DNA of 64,000 nt from Polyangiaceae bacterium. Lineage in GTDB: Bacteria > Myxococcota_A > Polyangia > Polyangiales > Polyangiaceae. The notes under the pieces were generated by a model. That model was not told where the DNA came from. It searched no databases and was given only the letters and a program-made list of their open reading frames with translations. Positions 29,327 through 39,687 of the stretch are shown here, piece by piece. Numbering within the stretch: the first letter of the stretch is position 1; each line of letters starts with the position of its first letter. The stretch covers positions 512,001 to 576,000 of the forward strand of contig JANRKO010000006.1 of assembly GCA_033763455.1 (NCBI GenBank), read 5' to 3'. Position numbers and translations under genes: made by a program.

Positions 29327-30610
29327 ATGCTGGGAACAGCCAAGGGTCGCGTGCCGTACGCGTTGGGCGTCTACTTAGCGACGACATTAAGTTTCCTCGT
29401 CTTCGCTGCGCCCGAGACCCTGTCAGCGCACACCCCGTACAACCACTTTGCGCTTCTGGCAGAGGCTTGGTTGAAGGGGAACTGGGCACTTTCCGGCGCG
29501 CCACCGGATTATGCGGGGCGCAACGATTTCGCATGGTTCGCAGGGCAGTGGTACGTCGTGTTTCCCCCGTTTCCAGCGGTTATATTGTTGCCGTTTGTGT
29601 GGCTTTTTGGAACCGCCGAGCGCCTTGCGGATGGGCACGTATTTCTTTGGCTCGCAGGGCTCGCGCCAGCTTACCTTTACTGTGCGCTTGAGAAAATGCG
29701 TGAGCTAGGGCTCTGCCAGAGGAGCCGCGTTGAGAACATGTTGCTCTCGCTGACGTTCGCGTGGGGCACGGTGTATTTCTTCACGGCAGTTCAAGGCACT
29801 GTTTGGTTTGCCGCCCACGTGGTGGGTAGTGCTCTTTCTGCGGGGTACTTCTATTGCGCCCTGGGAGCGGCGCGCCCGCTGCTTTCTGGGATCCTGCTGG
29901 GGCTTGGTTTTCTCACGCGCACACCGTTGGTGTTTGCGTTCCCGCTCTTTTTGTTTGAGGCCTACCGTGTGTCCCTGGAGCCGGGGCGGGGATTGATCCG
30001 GAGTGCGTTCGGCAAGCGGCTGGCTTGGTTCTTGGCGCCCCTTGCCCTCTCTGTTGCGATCGCCCTGCTCTACAATCGTGAGCGTTTTGGCCACGCACTC
30101 AGCTTTGGTTATGAATACTTGCAGATAGCCTGGCAAGCTCGAATCCAGCGCCACGGGCTATTCGGGTACCACTACCTCGCCCGGAACCTTGGCGTCGTGT
30201 TGACGAGTTTGCCATACTGGACGGGGCAAGCGGAGGCACCGTTCCAGATTAACGGACACGGGCTCGCCCTCTGGGTCACAACCCCAATCTACGTTTGGGC
30301 ATTTCTCGGTCGCGGAAGAGCCAAGCTCCGTCGCGCCTTGTGGCTCACGGTGCTTTGTGTTGCCCTCCCCAGCTTGCTCTATCAAAACACCGGCTGGGTG
30401 CAGTTCGGCTACCGCTTCTCGAATGACTACGCGGTGTTCTTGTTTGGCTTGTTGGCACTTTTTAGGCCACGCCTGGGGCGAGTTTTCTGGTCATTGGCCC
30501 TCTTTGGAGTGCTTTTGAACGCCCTTGGCGCCAGGACCTTTGGGCGCGCTCAGTTTGCCGCCTACTACGACATCGAACGCACCCAAACGCGGCTCTATCA
30601 AGCTGACTGA
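29327..30610 (+). CDS. Polytopic membrane protein, possibly a GT-C glycosyltransferase
   Basis: Many hydrophobic segments; YVVFPPFPA, YNRERFG, QFGYRFSND. Confidence 0.65.
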   Translation: MLGTAKGRVPYALGVYLATTLSFLVFAAPETLSAHTPYNHFALLAEAWLKGNWALSGAPPDYAGRNDFAWFAGQWYVVFPPFPAVILLPFVWLFGTAERLADGHVFLWLAGLAPAYLYCALEKMRELGLCQRSRVENMLLSLTFAWGTVYFFTAVQGTVWFAAHVVGSALSAGYFYCALGAARPLLSGILLGLGFLTRTPLVFAFPLFLFEAYRVSLEPGRGLIRSAFGKRLAWFLAPLALSVAIALLYNRERFGHALSFGYEYLQIAWQARIQRHGLFGYHYLARNLGVVLTSLPYWTGQAEAPFQINGHGLALWVTTPIYVWAFLGRGRAKLRRALWLTVLCVALPSLLYQNTGWVQFGYRFSNDYAVFLFGLLALFRPRLGRVFWSLALFGVLLNALGARTFGRAQFAAYYDIERTQTRLYQAD

Positions 30611-31396
30611 TTACTTGCGTCGGATCGTTACCTTGTTGATCTTTGGCGGGGTCACCGGGCGTTCTCCGGTCACGGGTACACTCGCCAGTTTTTCAACCAG
30701 CGAATCCGGCCCACAGCTTCCAAAAATTGTGTAGCCACTGTCTAGGTGGCGTGCAGCTGCATCCATAATGAAAAACTGCGCGCCGTTGGTGTTCGGCCCG
30801 CGGTTGGCCATACACAACAGCCCGCGCCTGTCGTGCGCGGCGCCGGGCCAAACTTCATCCTGGAAGACGTAGCCGGGCTCGCCGGCACCAGTGCCGAGGG
30901 GATCACCGCCTTGGATCATGAAGCCTTTGATAATGCGATGAAAGATGGTGCCATCGTAAAGCGGGCGTTTAACCCAGGTGCCGTCGGGCGCCTTCCAGGG
31001 GCGAATGCCGCGCGCTAGCCCGATGAAATTGGCAACGGTGATCGGGGCTTTGTCGTCATAGAGCTCACACGAAAGCTTGCCTAACGAGGTGTCGATGTCG
31101 GCCACGAGCTTTCCGCTTCCTTTGAGCCCCTGGGTGGCGTCCGCTAGCGAGAATTTCCCCGCCAGCGGGTCTCCACCGGGAGAGGGTGCTGGCTGAGAAT
31201 CTGCCGTTGTTGCCGGCGCAGTGTTAGCGGGAGCTTCTGCTTGGCTGACTTCTGGTGTCGCCGTGGGGGTCGCTTCCGGCGTGGCGCTTTGCTTTTGCGA
31301 ATCAGCTGTGGGGGCCGGTTCTTCGTAACGAGATTTGCACCCAACGAGTGCCAGAGTTGTTGCCAGGGCCAGGGGGAGGGCGGTGAGCTTTCGCAT
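30611..31396 (-). CDS. Cyclophilin-type peptidyl-prolyl isomerase, lipoprotein
   Basis: FHRIIKGFMIQGGDP, MANRGPNTNGAQFFI, YTIFG; lipobox LVG|C. Confidence 0.93.
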   Translation of the reverse strand: MRKLTALPLALATTLALVGCKSRYEEPAPTADSQKQSATPEATPTATPEVSQAEAPANTAPATTADSQPAPSPGGDPLAGKFSLADATQGLKGSGKLVADIDTSLGKLSCELYDDKAPITVANFIGLARGIRPWKAPDGTWVKRPLYDGTIFHRIIKGFMIQGGDPLGTGAGEPGYVFQDEVWPGAAHDRRGLLCMANRGPNTNGAQFFIMDAAARHLDSGYTIFGSCGPDSLVEKLASVPVTGERPVTPPKINKVTIRRK

Positions 31397-31585
31397 AATG
31401 GGCAACCTTTTCCGATAAACCGCACTAAAGCGCAAGTTTGAGGGGCCCGGAGGTGCTGCGCCAGGGATCTCCCTTGGGTCCGCGTCGATGGGTGTCGATG
31501 CCCGAGGAGTGGTTTAGTTCTGTGCGAGGCCTTGACGGGGTATTTGCCGTGCCGCGCTTTCTCACATCGGTTATGCTGCAAGGCG

Positions 31586-32146
31586 ATGGCGTTTCGAATT
31601 TTGGTGGGAGCCACTCTAGGCGCTGGGCTTGGGCTGTTCGGCTGCGGCGGCCATGCCACGTATATCGGTGGTGAAGGTGGCACGGCGGGAGCGCCAGGTT
31701 CTGGTGGTGCCACTTCGGGCGATGACCCCGGCAAAGGTTCTGGTGGAACATTTGTGGGAGAGCCGATGGGGCCTGGTGTGAGCACGTACAAGGACCCTGT
31801 GTGCCCCATGTTGCCGAAGCCGCTGCCGGATTTTCTTTGCGATCCCATCCAGGGTACCGGGTGTGAATCTGGAATGGCGTGTTATCCGTACCTCATTTAC
31901 GCGGCTGATGCTTCCGGGTGCGGTCAAGAGCTTTCGGGGACCAATTGTGCGGCTGAGGGGAAGATCCCAGCGGGGGAGGAATGTGGCACTGAGCTTGGCC
32001 GCTGTGCGCCTGGCACCATGTGTGTGATTGGTAATCGTCCGGGTAAGCGCTGCGTCCCGATGTGTTCCTTGCAGGGCCAGAATACCTGCAAAAACGGCTT
32101 GGTATGCGTCGAGACGGACGTGGAGGGCGTCGGGGTATGCGGTTAG
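31586..32146 (+). CDS. Cys-rich lipoprotein
   Basis: LFG|C lipobox, Gly-rich linker, multiple Cys. Confidence 0.75.
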   Translation: MAFRILVGATLGAGLGLFGCGGHATYIGGEGGTAGAPGSGGATSGDDPGKGSGGTFVGEPMGPGVSTYKDPVCPMLPKPLPDFLCDPIQGTGCESGMACYPYLIYAADASGCGQELSGTNCAAEGKIPAGEECGTELGRCAPGTMCVIGNRPGKRCVPMCSLQGQNTCKNGLVCVETDVEGVGVCG

Positions 32147-33705
32147 CCGCGAGTTTTACGGCGCTGGCCGGAGTTGCATGTTTGGTCGCCAGTTGTGGGG
32201 GGCGCTCTGGCCTATCTGAGAGCGCGCCGGGTGCTAAGCTCCCGGTTTCATGCGTAATCGACGCGGACTGTAAGGCTGCCGACTTATGCAAGCCACAGCA
32301 GTGTTCCGAAAACGGACTCTGTGAGGCGGCCCCTCCGGTTGTGTGTGACGATGGCAATGTTTGCACCGAAGACAGCTGCAAGAAGGCCACGGGAGAGTGC
32401 GTGTTCGAGAGCTTGGTGGAGGATAGCGATGGGGATGGGGTGGTGGGGGCTCGTTCAGGTGTATCGGCCAGCGTAGCCGAGATGTGCGGTCAAGATTGCG
32501 ATGATACTTCTCGAACGGTGCACCCGGGCCAGCCCGAAGTGTGTGACGGGAAAGACAACGACTGCAACGGCGTGGTGGATGATGGCGCGGTATTTCTACC
32601 GAGTGGCCAAGCACCACTTCTGGTTTCCGTCGGCTCCGAGCGCGCGCAAGCTTCGGGAATTGGGTTTGATGGTGATAATTTTGCGCTCAACTACGCAGGG
32701 AAAGAGGATAGCTGGAAGATCTTCTTTCAGTCGATCTCCTTCAGCGGCCAGACGCAATCGCGAGTTCCCCTCACTAGTGTCAATGCGGACACCTTTGGCG
32801 GCCCGCTCCTCTGGACGGGTACTGAATACGCTGTCGCCTGGGAGGATGCTCGGCTAGACGACAATTACGAGATCTATTTCAACCGGTTAGACCGCACCGG
32901 TGCCAAGTTCGCCGCTGATCTGCGCATCACCCGCGCTGATGATTTCTCCTTGCACCCTTCGATCGTTTACGGGGAGGGGGAGTACCTGATCGCGTGGGAT
33001 GATCGCCGTCCCGAGGTCGGTGCGGGACCTCGAGCGGTAGCCATCTACGGACAGCGCATAAGCAAAGGTGGTGAGCTCATCGGTGGCAACGTTCGACTCA
33101 CACCTGTGGATAGTGGCTCTGAAGGGCCGTCGCTCGCGAGCGGCAAAGCTTCTGTTGGGATGGTTTACAGCTCAATTGTGGGCGGCGCGCCGATCCTCAA
33201 TTTTCGTTCGCTATCCCGGGACTTAACGCAGCTTGGGACGATTGTGGATTTGGGTTTTTCAAATGTTCGAAGCACGTCCATTGTTTGGGTCGAGGATCGT
33301 TTCCTGGTGTTTTGGGACGCCTTCACCGATGCTCCTGGCCCCAATATTTGGGGTGCGGCTCTTGCCGAGGATGGTCGGGTGCTGGTGGCTCCGCGTCAGG
33401 TTACCGATTACGGGCAGTTTGCTCGCGGTCATTCCGCGGTGTCGCTCGGAGATCGAGCACTCTTGGTATGGTCAGACTTTCGCCACGGCAACTACGAGCT
33501 TTCCACGAAGCAACTATCGACCGCCCTTGGAGCTTTAACCCCAGAATCCCGCATTACGACTACATCATCGGAGACGCTCAACCCCTACGCGGCCGTCGGT
33601 ACGGGTGGAGCCGTTGGCATTCTGTTTGAGGATTGGCAGAGTGGGAGCCGGCAAGCTTACTTCACCGCGCTTTCTTGCCAGGGCGCCCGCACCGCCTTGC
33701 CCTAG
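32137..33705 (+). CDS. Lipoprotein with MopE-like putative metal-binding motif
   Basis: VAS|C lipobox, CDDGNVCTEDSC, DCDD..VHPG..EVCDGKDNDCNG, repeated W.D.R..N.EIY units. Confidence 0.8.
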   Translation: MRLAASFTALAGVACLVASCGGRSGLSESAPGAKLPVSCVIDADCKAADLCKPQQCSENGLCEAAPPVVCDDGNVCTEDSCKKATGECVFESLVEDSDGDGVVGARSGVSASVAEMCGQDCDDTSRTVHPGQPEVCDGKDNDCNGVVDDGAVFLPSGQAPLLVSVGSERAQASGIGFDGDNFALNYAGKEDSWKIFFQSISFSGQTQSRVPLTSVNADTFGGPLLWTGTEYAVAWEDARLDDNYEIYFNRLDRTGAKFAADLRITRADDFSLHPSIVYGEGEYLIAWDDRRPEVGAGPRAVAIYGQRISKGGELIGGNVRLTPVDSGSEGPSLASGKASVGMVYSSIVGGAPILNFRSLSRDLTQLGTIVDLGFSNVRSTSIVWVEDRFLVFWDAFTDAPGPNIWGAALAEDGRVLVAPRQVTDYGQFARGHSAVSLGDRALLVWSDFRHGNYELSTKQLSTALGALTPESRITTTSSETLNPYAAVGTGGAVGILFEDWQSGSRQAYFTALSCQGARTALP

Positions 33706-33736
33706 AGCACGGCAGTGTTCGGCCACCAGCGGCTCA

Positions 33737-34198
33737 CTAGGCTTGAGCTTTGGCCAAGGGAACGGTGATAACCGGAATGGGCGAAAGCCGAACGACCCCT
33801 TCTGCCGTACTACCATGCATGAGGTGTGAAAGCCCCGTGTGGCCGCGCGTACCCATCACAATCCAGCTGTATGCCCCGCTTTGGCTCAACGTGATGATCT
33901 CCTCGGTTGGGTTGCCCTCACGGAGCTCCGACTTCACTCGCACCTCAGCGGGGATCGACACTTGGCTGACAAAGCCAGAAAGTTCTGCCTTCGCCCCTGC
34001 AACTAAAAGGTCAGCGATGGGCGTGGGCGCGCCGGATTCGGGGTGAGCGGCCTTCGCGTGACGAGCAACCGGGGGGCACTGCCAGAAATGTAGAAGCGTA
34101 AGCCCAAGGCCAAGCTGAACCGCGAGGGCGGAGGCAAATTCCAGCGCTTTGCGCGACTCTTCGGTGTAATCCAGGGGAACCAAGATCTCGGTTGGCAT
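33737..34198 (-). CDS. Universal stress protein
   Basis: ILVPLDY, IVMGTRG, GSTAEGVVR...PVITV. Confidence 0.92.
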   Translation of the reverse strand: MPTEILVPLDYTEESRKALEFASALAVQLGLGLTLLHFWQCPPVARHAKAAHPESGAPTPIADLLVAGAKAELSGFVSQVSIPAEVRVKSELREGNPTEEIITLSQSGAYSWIVMGTRGHTGLSHLMHGSTAEGVVRLSPIPVITVPLAKAQA

Positions 34199-34270
34199 GG
34201 TGCGGGTAGTCTAGCAGGCTGGTATCGCGTTGGAAGGTAGGAACCACCCCAGCAAATGCGCCCCGCTGCG

Positions 34271-34717
34271 CTACGGGGCCGCGCTCAGAAGCTGGTCGAA
34301 GCGCTGGGTAAAACCCAGAACCTTTTGGCGATCAGTGGAGACATCCTCACCGGCAACGAACTTGTAGTTCTCGATTTCCCCGGCCAATTCCGAAAACTCG
34401 TCGCTCGGCTGGCTCGCTCGCAAGATGGCGCCGGCCTGGGTGAGCGTTTTCTGGGCAGTTCCGAAGTTACGATCTTCGAGGGCCATGAGAGCTAAGTGCA
34501 GCTGGCGCCGAGCTTCCAGCTTCTGCGTTTGGGCCTGTGCATTTTCGGTGGCGTGCCACGCGCGAGCGGACTGGAACCTCCCGGCGCCGTAGGCAATTGC
34601 AAGAGCCCCGAGCAACAAACCAAGCTTTTTAAGGGTTTGCTTGAAACCGCTAGGGGGCTTGGCGGGCAGCGTAGGCTCGCTGACTTCTGGCTTCTGATTG
34701 ACGACATCGCTGGGCAT
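34271..34717 (-). CDS. Hypothetical membrane-anchored protein
   Basis: 148 aa, one N-terminal hydrophobic helix then helical domain. Confidence 0.65.
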   Translation of the reverse strand: MPSDVVNQKPEVSEPTLPAKPPSGFKQTLKKLGLLLGALAIAYGAGRFQSARAWHATENAQAQTQKLEARRQLHLALMALEDRNFGTAQKTLTQAGAILRASQPSDEFSELAGEIENYKFVAGEDVSTDRQKVLGFTQRFDQLLSAAP

Positions 34718-34763
34718 GGTTCACGAGCTCCGGGCACTTAGTCCGCAAGCTCTGTGGTTAACA

Positions 34764-35468
34764 CTAGAACGTTCCGCGCACCAGCACTCCTCTGCCCGAA
34801 CGGCCCACGGGGCCGGCATCCAGCTGTAGGTTGTGCGGAAGCCACTGCTGATCTTTGTCGGTGTAGCCGACCACAAATAAGGTAGCACCCACTACCTGAA
34901 CCAGCCCTGAGAAGGTGAGCACCGTAATTGTCTTCAATTCGCCGAGCGCTAAGCTGAGGCACCCATTGATCTCCTCCTGCGAAAGTTGTGAGGAGTTCTT
35001 GCAACCAAAGTGGCGAGCGTTGATGGCTGCCCATGGCCCCAGGACGGGCAAAAGTAGCCAACCGCTGCCCGGGCCAATATCGGAGGAAGCCGAGTACCCA
35101 AGCGCGCCTAGGTAACCGGTGCCAAAAGTAAGCCCGCCCGCAAGCATGAGCCCCGTGTTTCGGTGTGTTCGAAGCTCATAACCAAACGTGGCTGGTGAGG
35201 GGCTCCCGGTGGGTGCTAGCGTGGGTCTAGAAACCTGTGGCTGCGTAGCTGACGGATACGTGTAGCTAGGCGTTGGCCCAGGCGGATATTGGCTAGGTGG
35301 CGGTTGAGCCGGGTAGCGTTGCGGCGGAAAACCCTGAGGTGGCGATGGTGGTGGCGCAGGCGCTTGAGGTGAAGGTGGCGGAGGAAACGAGGCCGTTTGT
35401 GCTTGTACCGGCGGGGTGAACGTGAACAATGTTCCCAAACAGAACGTCAGAATGGCCGTGCGCCGCAT
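34764..35468 (-). CDS. Hypothetical exported or membrane protein
   Basis: Signal peptide, Pro-rich linker, Gly-rich hydrophobic segments (LPVLGPW). Confidence 0.7.
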   Translation of the reverse strand: MRRTAILTFCLGTLFTFTPPVQAQTASFPPPPSPQAPAPPPSPPQGFPPQRYPAQPPPSQYPPGPTPSYTYPSATQPQVSRPTLAPTGSPSPATFGYELRTHRNTGLMLAGGLTFGTGYLGALGYSASSDIGPGSGWLLLPVLGPWAAINARHFGCKNSSQLSQEEINGCLSLALGELKTITVLTFSGLVQVVGATLFVVGYTDKDQQWLPHNLQLDAGPVGRSGRGVLVRGTF

Positions 35469-35537
35469 GCGCCAAGAGTAGTCGCCAGAGATGCGAAGCG
35501 CTCGGTAAATTATGCCTAGGGTTACCCCTCAAGCCCC

Positions 35538-36170
35538 CTACGTGTCACGCTGCAACAACAGCAGTCGGTGTTGCACGGTTTCTCCGTAGGATTCGTACCC
35601 ATCCACGAGCCGCTCCGACCTTACGGCGAAGCCCGCTTGTTTACAGCAATGTCTGAACCACGGCGCTGGGTGCCGGTAGATGTGCACTTGCTCGTCCACC
35701 AGTTCGACCTCCGTATGGGGGCTTTGACAGAAGGAAAGGAGCCAGAATGCTGCGGGCCTCAGCGTATTTCGGATTGCGCTGAGGGTTCGAGTTGGGTCCG
35801 AGATGTGATCGAAAACGCCGATAGCCACGGCGCCGTCAAAGGCGTTTGCGTCAAAGCCAGCTTCTTCATCCGCGCTTCCTTCGCAGCACGCCACATAGTT
35901 GGGGGAGGAGATCTGCGAGAGCATGGCACGGCTAATGTCCAGGGCGACTAAGCTCAGAGGTAGACCAGCCCTTTTGAGCTCATGACCCACGAGGCCCGTT
36001 CCGGCGCCAATGTCCAGCCAGAGCCCGTGCGCGCCTGGTAGCTGCTCGGCTAGGAATTCCGCTGCTATCTTGGGCGTATTGTAAACGCACTCCACCAACA
36101 AATGGTGGTCGTAGCGGGCCGCCAAATCATCATACAGCTCCTTGATTGCTTGCAAGTCGTGGGCAGCCAT
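35538..36170 (-). CDS. Class I SAM-dependent methyltransferase
   Basis: LDIGAGTGLVG, LDISRAML, FDGAVAIGVF. Confidence 0.85.
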   Translation of the reverse strand: MAAHDLQAIKELYDDLAARYDHHLLVECVYNTPKIAAEFLAEQLPGAHGLWLDIGAGTGLVGHELKRAGLPLSLVALDISRAMLSQISSPNYVACCEGSADEEAGFDANAFDGAVAIGVFDHISDPTRTLSAIRNTLRPAAFWLLSFCQSPHTEVELVDEQVHIYRHPAPWFRHCCKQAGFAVRSERLVDGYESYGETVQHRLLLLQRDT

Positions 36171-36226
36171 TCGGGGAGTTGGTACCTAGCACTTGCGGGG
36201 TTCGGCCGCGCCTGCAAACGTGGGGC

Positions 36227-36895
36227 ATGGTCCAAGCTCCTTCGTCGGATTTTCTCCGGGCGCACTCCAAGTTCCCTTTGGTACTCTTGGCGCTACTGGC
36301 GATCTTGTGTGCGGCAACGCTGTGGGCACCGCCCGCAGGCCGTGTGAGCTGGATGTTGGAGGTAACGCCAGGCCTTTTCGGTGTGTTAGCGCTGGGGCTC
36401 AGCTTTCGCCGGCTGCCGCTCACTCACCTGGCCTACTTGGGGGTGTTTTTCCACGTTCTTATCCTAATCTATGGCGGCTATTACACCTACGCGCTCACCC
36501 CGCTCGGCAATTGGGCGAAGCTTGCATTCGACTGGCAGCGCAACCACTACGATCGCGTAGGGCACCTGGCGCTTGGCTTTTTTCCGTATTTTGTGATCCG
36601 CGAAGTTCTGCTCGGAGTGACGCCGCTCAGGCGTGGCGGGTGGTTCACGTTTTTGATTTTTTCGGTTGTCCTGGCGATCGCCGCTTTTTGGGAAATCCTG
36701 GAGTGGTGGGTGACGGTGTTGGTAGCCTCGGATGTGGGCCAGGCCTTTTTAGGCAGTCAGGGAGACGTGTGGGACGCTCAATGGGACATGCTGCTGGCGG
36801 TTGTGGGGGCAGGCTTGGCCCAGGTGAGCCTCGGGCGGGTGCACGATCGTGCCCTGCTTTTCCTCCAGGAGGCACAGGCGTCCTTGCGTTCTTGA
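36227..36895 (+). CDS. DUF2238 (YjdF-like) membrane protein
   Basis: WMLE, GGYYTYA, RNHYDRVGH, FLGSQGDVWDAQWDM. Confidence 0.88.
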   Translation: MVQAPSSDFLRAHSKFPLVLLALLAILCAATLWAPPAGRVSWMLEVTPGLFGVLALGLSFRRLPLTHLAYLGVFFHVLILIYGGYYTYALTPLGNWAKLAFDWQRNHYDRVGHLALGFFPYFVIREVLLGVTPLRRGGWFTFLIFSVVLAIAAFWEILEWWVTVLVASDVGQAFLGSQGDVWDAQWDMLLAVVGAGLAQVSLGRVHDRALLFLQEAQASLRS

Positions 36896-36961
36896 CAAGT
36901 AGGACTAAAACGGTGCTAGTTCAGCGCGTCTCAGCGAATACGCCTATCCAGAGTCTTACCC

Positions 36962-37546
36962 ATGAGCCCCCAACTTGAGATCCACCTGACCGACGAAGCT
37001 CGGCGACAAATGGTCTTGGCGCTTCAAGCCGAAGACCTCACAGACTTCGCCATCCGCGTAGAAGCGCGGAAGCTTACGCCCATCAAGTACGAATACAGCC
37101 TCTTTATTGAAGGCCCCGAAGAACGGCGCGATAAGGATCTCGAGATCGACGCGACCGGCATCAAGATCTGGGTGGATCCGAATAGCGCCGAACTCCTCGG
37201 TGGGGCGACCATCGATTACCTCAAAGAAGGCAGCAAAGAGGGCTTCAAGTTCAACAATCCGAATGAGCCCGAAGGTTGGACCGATCCGGTATCGCAGAAG
37301 TTTCAGAAGTTGCTCGATGCCGAGATTAACCCTGGGCTAGCAGCTCACGGGGGCCGTGTAGATCTGCTGCACTTTAGCCAAGGTATTGCTCGTGTGCGCA
37401 TGAGCGGCGGTTGCCAGGGTTGCGGAATGGCGGCGCAAACGCTCCGCGACGGCGTGGAGCGTCGCATCAAAGAAGAGCTACCAGAGGTCGACCAAATCCT
37501 GGACGACACGGATCACTCAGCGGGCACCAACCCCTACTACACCTAG
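36962..37546 (+). CDS. nfuA: NfuA-type Fe-S biogenesis protein
   Basis: Degenerate A-type N-domain (FKFNNPN) plus NifU-C INPGLAAHGG...GGCQGC. Confidence 0.85.
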   Translation: MSPQLEIHLTDEARRQMVLALQAEDLTDFAIRVEARKLTPIKYEYSLFIEGPEERRDKDLEIDATGIKIWVDPNSAELLGGATIDYLKEGSKEGFKFNNPNEPEGWTDPVSQKFQKLLDAEINPGLAAHGGRVDLLHFSQGIARVRMSGGCQGCGMAAQTLRDGVERRIKEELPEVDQILDDTDHSAGTNPYYT

Positions 37547-38415
37547 CCGTCGAGATCCCAAGCCACCGTTCCCGTCGTGTTTTCGGTGATGTAACGGCCC
37601 TTCGGATCTTGCCCCAACTGAGCCGCCGCGACTTGGTAATCGTGGGTGAAAAAAGCCCACGTTTTCTCCGCTAGCAATCGCGAAAATAGCGCCGCTTTCT
37701 CGTCCACCAGCGCTTCGGGGTACCGATCATAACCCATGGTGATGGGCAGGTGCACCCAGGGCACCCCGGGGACGAGATCAGCACAGAAAAATAGCCTGCG
37801 CGTCTGGCCAATGATTTCGGTATGGAGCATTCCAGGCGTGTGCCCGTGGGTGAGTGAGAATCTGAACGCGGGTCCGAGCAGGGCCGAGGCTTCTGCAACA
37901 TCCGAGACCAAACACAAGCGTTGCGATGCATTGAGCAGCTCCGGTAGCTCTGGGATGTAGGAAGCGCGGTCTCGAATGTGCGGCAAGCTCGCCCGTTCGA
38001 AGGCGATGCGGCTCGTGATGAAGCGCGCCTTTGGGAATAGAAGCGTGGGCGGCGCACCCGGTTCCCAGGGGGTAAGCAGGCCGCCGGCGTGATCAAAGTG
38101 CAGATGGCTCAAGACAACGTTGTCAATCTCGGTATGCTCAACGCCGAGCGCGGCGAGCGACGTGAGTAGCTGATGCTGACTTTCGGCGACGCCGTAGCGA
38201 TCACGTAACTTGGGGTCAAAAAATGCCCCAATCCCCGTCTCAAGGAGTGTTTTCTGTTTGCCGTCGTCCACCAAGAGGGCTCGGCAGGCGAATTGGATTC
38301 GATTGCGCGCGTCCGGCACGTGCCAGCGCTGCCAAAGCTCCTTAGGGGCGTTCCCGAACATGGCGCCTCCGTCTAGCCATTGGGAATTTCCGAGCACTGA
38401 ACGGGCTAAAAGCAT
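37543..38415 (-). CDS. MBL-fold metallohydrolase (YtnP-like)
   Basis: LDGGAMFG, SHLHFDHAGG, GHTPG, MGYD. Confidence 0.9.
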   Translation of the reverse strand: MLLARSVLGNSQWLDGGAMFGNAPKELWQRWHVPDARNRIQFACRALLVDDGKQKTLLETGIGAFFDPKLRDRYGVAESQHQLLTSLAALGVEHTEIDNVVLSHLHFDHAGGLLTPWEPGAPPTLLFPKARFITSRIAFERASLPHIRDRASYIPELPELLNASQRLCLVSDVAEASALLGPAFRFSLTHGHTPGMLHTEIIGQTRRLFFCADLVPGVPWVHLPITMGYDRYPEALVDEKAALFSRLLAEKTWAFFTHDYQVAAAQLGQDPKGRYITENTTGTVAWDLDG

Positions 38416-38638
38416 CGCAGAGTGCTAGCGCGTGTGCTCCAACGGGGCCAAGGCCAAAACGCCCCGAGCCACAAATTTCAGGTGTTAGTACGGAGGGTCG
38501 CTCTTTTTACTTGGCCGCTGCTAACCTCCGAGCGATGTCGCATCGAGGCAGATTTAGTTTCTCAGCTCCGTTATCTTCCAGCAGCGTGTTCGTCTTAGTC
38601 GGGGTGCCCAAGCGTTCGCTTACTTCAGCAGGTGGCCT

Positions 38639-39577
38639 GTGAAGGTTGTGTACACAGCGCGCTTGCCCCAAGGTGCCATCGGTCGCGTTCATGAGCGTTT
38701 CCCAGAAGTTGAGCTGGTCCCCGCTTCGCCGACAGATCCCGGGTTCGAACAGGCCCTCAAGGAGGCGGAAGTTGTGGCTGGCTGGGCCCCTGTCGAGGCA
38801 CTCCTGAAATGCCCCAACTTGCGGTGGTTACAGTTTGGGAGTGCTGGTGTGGAAAGCGTGGTTGGCCGCTTGCCTGAAACCGTGAAGCTGACGAATGCCA
38901 GTGGCGTTTTCGATCTTGTGATGGCAGAGCACGCGTTTGCTCTCATGTTGGCTTTGGTGCGTGGCGTCGATCAAATGGTGCGTGCGCAAGCCAATTGTCT
39001 CTGGGACCCAGGGGTGCGGCGCGGGGAGCTTTTCGGCAAGACGCTTACTATTGTCGGCTTGGGCAACGTGGGGCGCGCCGTGGCGGAAAGAGCCAAGTGT
39101 TTTGGGATGCGGGTGATGGGAGTGCGCCGGAGCACCACCGAGCCGGTTCCGGGAGTAGACGTGTTGCTGAGCATATCGGAGCTCGACCTTGCCCTGCCGA
39201 AGACGGATCACTTGTTGTTGGTGTTGCCTGGCGGTCCACACACGCGCCACGTTCTGGACGCACGTCGCTTGGCTTTACTGCCAAAAGGCGCGCTCGTTTA
39301 TAACATCGGCAGAGGCAACGCCATCGATGAGCTTGCGTTAGCTGGAGCAATCCGAAGCGAACATATTGCAGGTGCCGGGCTGGACGTCTTTGAGACAGAG
39401 CCGCTGCCCTCGACGAGCCCCCTCTGGGGTTTACCCAACGTAATTATTTCGCCGCATGTGGGTGGTAGAACTTCGCTCTATCCGGAGCGCTTTTTTGACG
39501 TATTTTTCGACAACTTGGTGCGCTTTCACGCGGGCGAGCCGCTTAAGAACGAAGTGGATCGGTATTGGGGCTACTAG
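38639..39577 (+). CDS. D-2-hydroxyacid dehydrogenase
   Basis: GLGNVG, NIGRG, LDVFETEPLP, SPHVGG. Confidence 0.92.
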   Translation: MKVVYTARLPQGAIGRVHERFPEVELVPASPTDPGFEQALKEAEVVAGWAPVEALLKCPNLRWLQFGSAGVESVVGRLPETVKLTNASGVFDLVMAEHAFALMLALVRGVDQMVRAQANCLWDPGVRRGELFGKTLTIVGLGNVGRAVAERAKCFGMRVMGVRRSTTEPVPGVDVLLSISELDLALPKTDHLLLVLPGGPHTRHVLDARRLALLPKGALVYNIGRGNAIDELALAGAIRSEHIAGAGLDVFETEPLPSTSPLWGLPNVIISPHVGGRTSLYPERFFDVFFDNLVRFHAGEPLKNEVDRYWGY

Positions 39578-39687
39578 CGCGGGCAGAGGCCTGGGGCGAG
39601 ATGGCCCCGTGGCGGGCAGAGGTGGGAGTGAATAGGCCACGTGACTTACTCGTCCATCGCGGGTAGCTTAAGCGCGGAAGGCATCCC

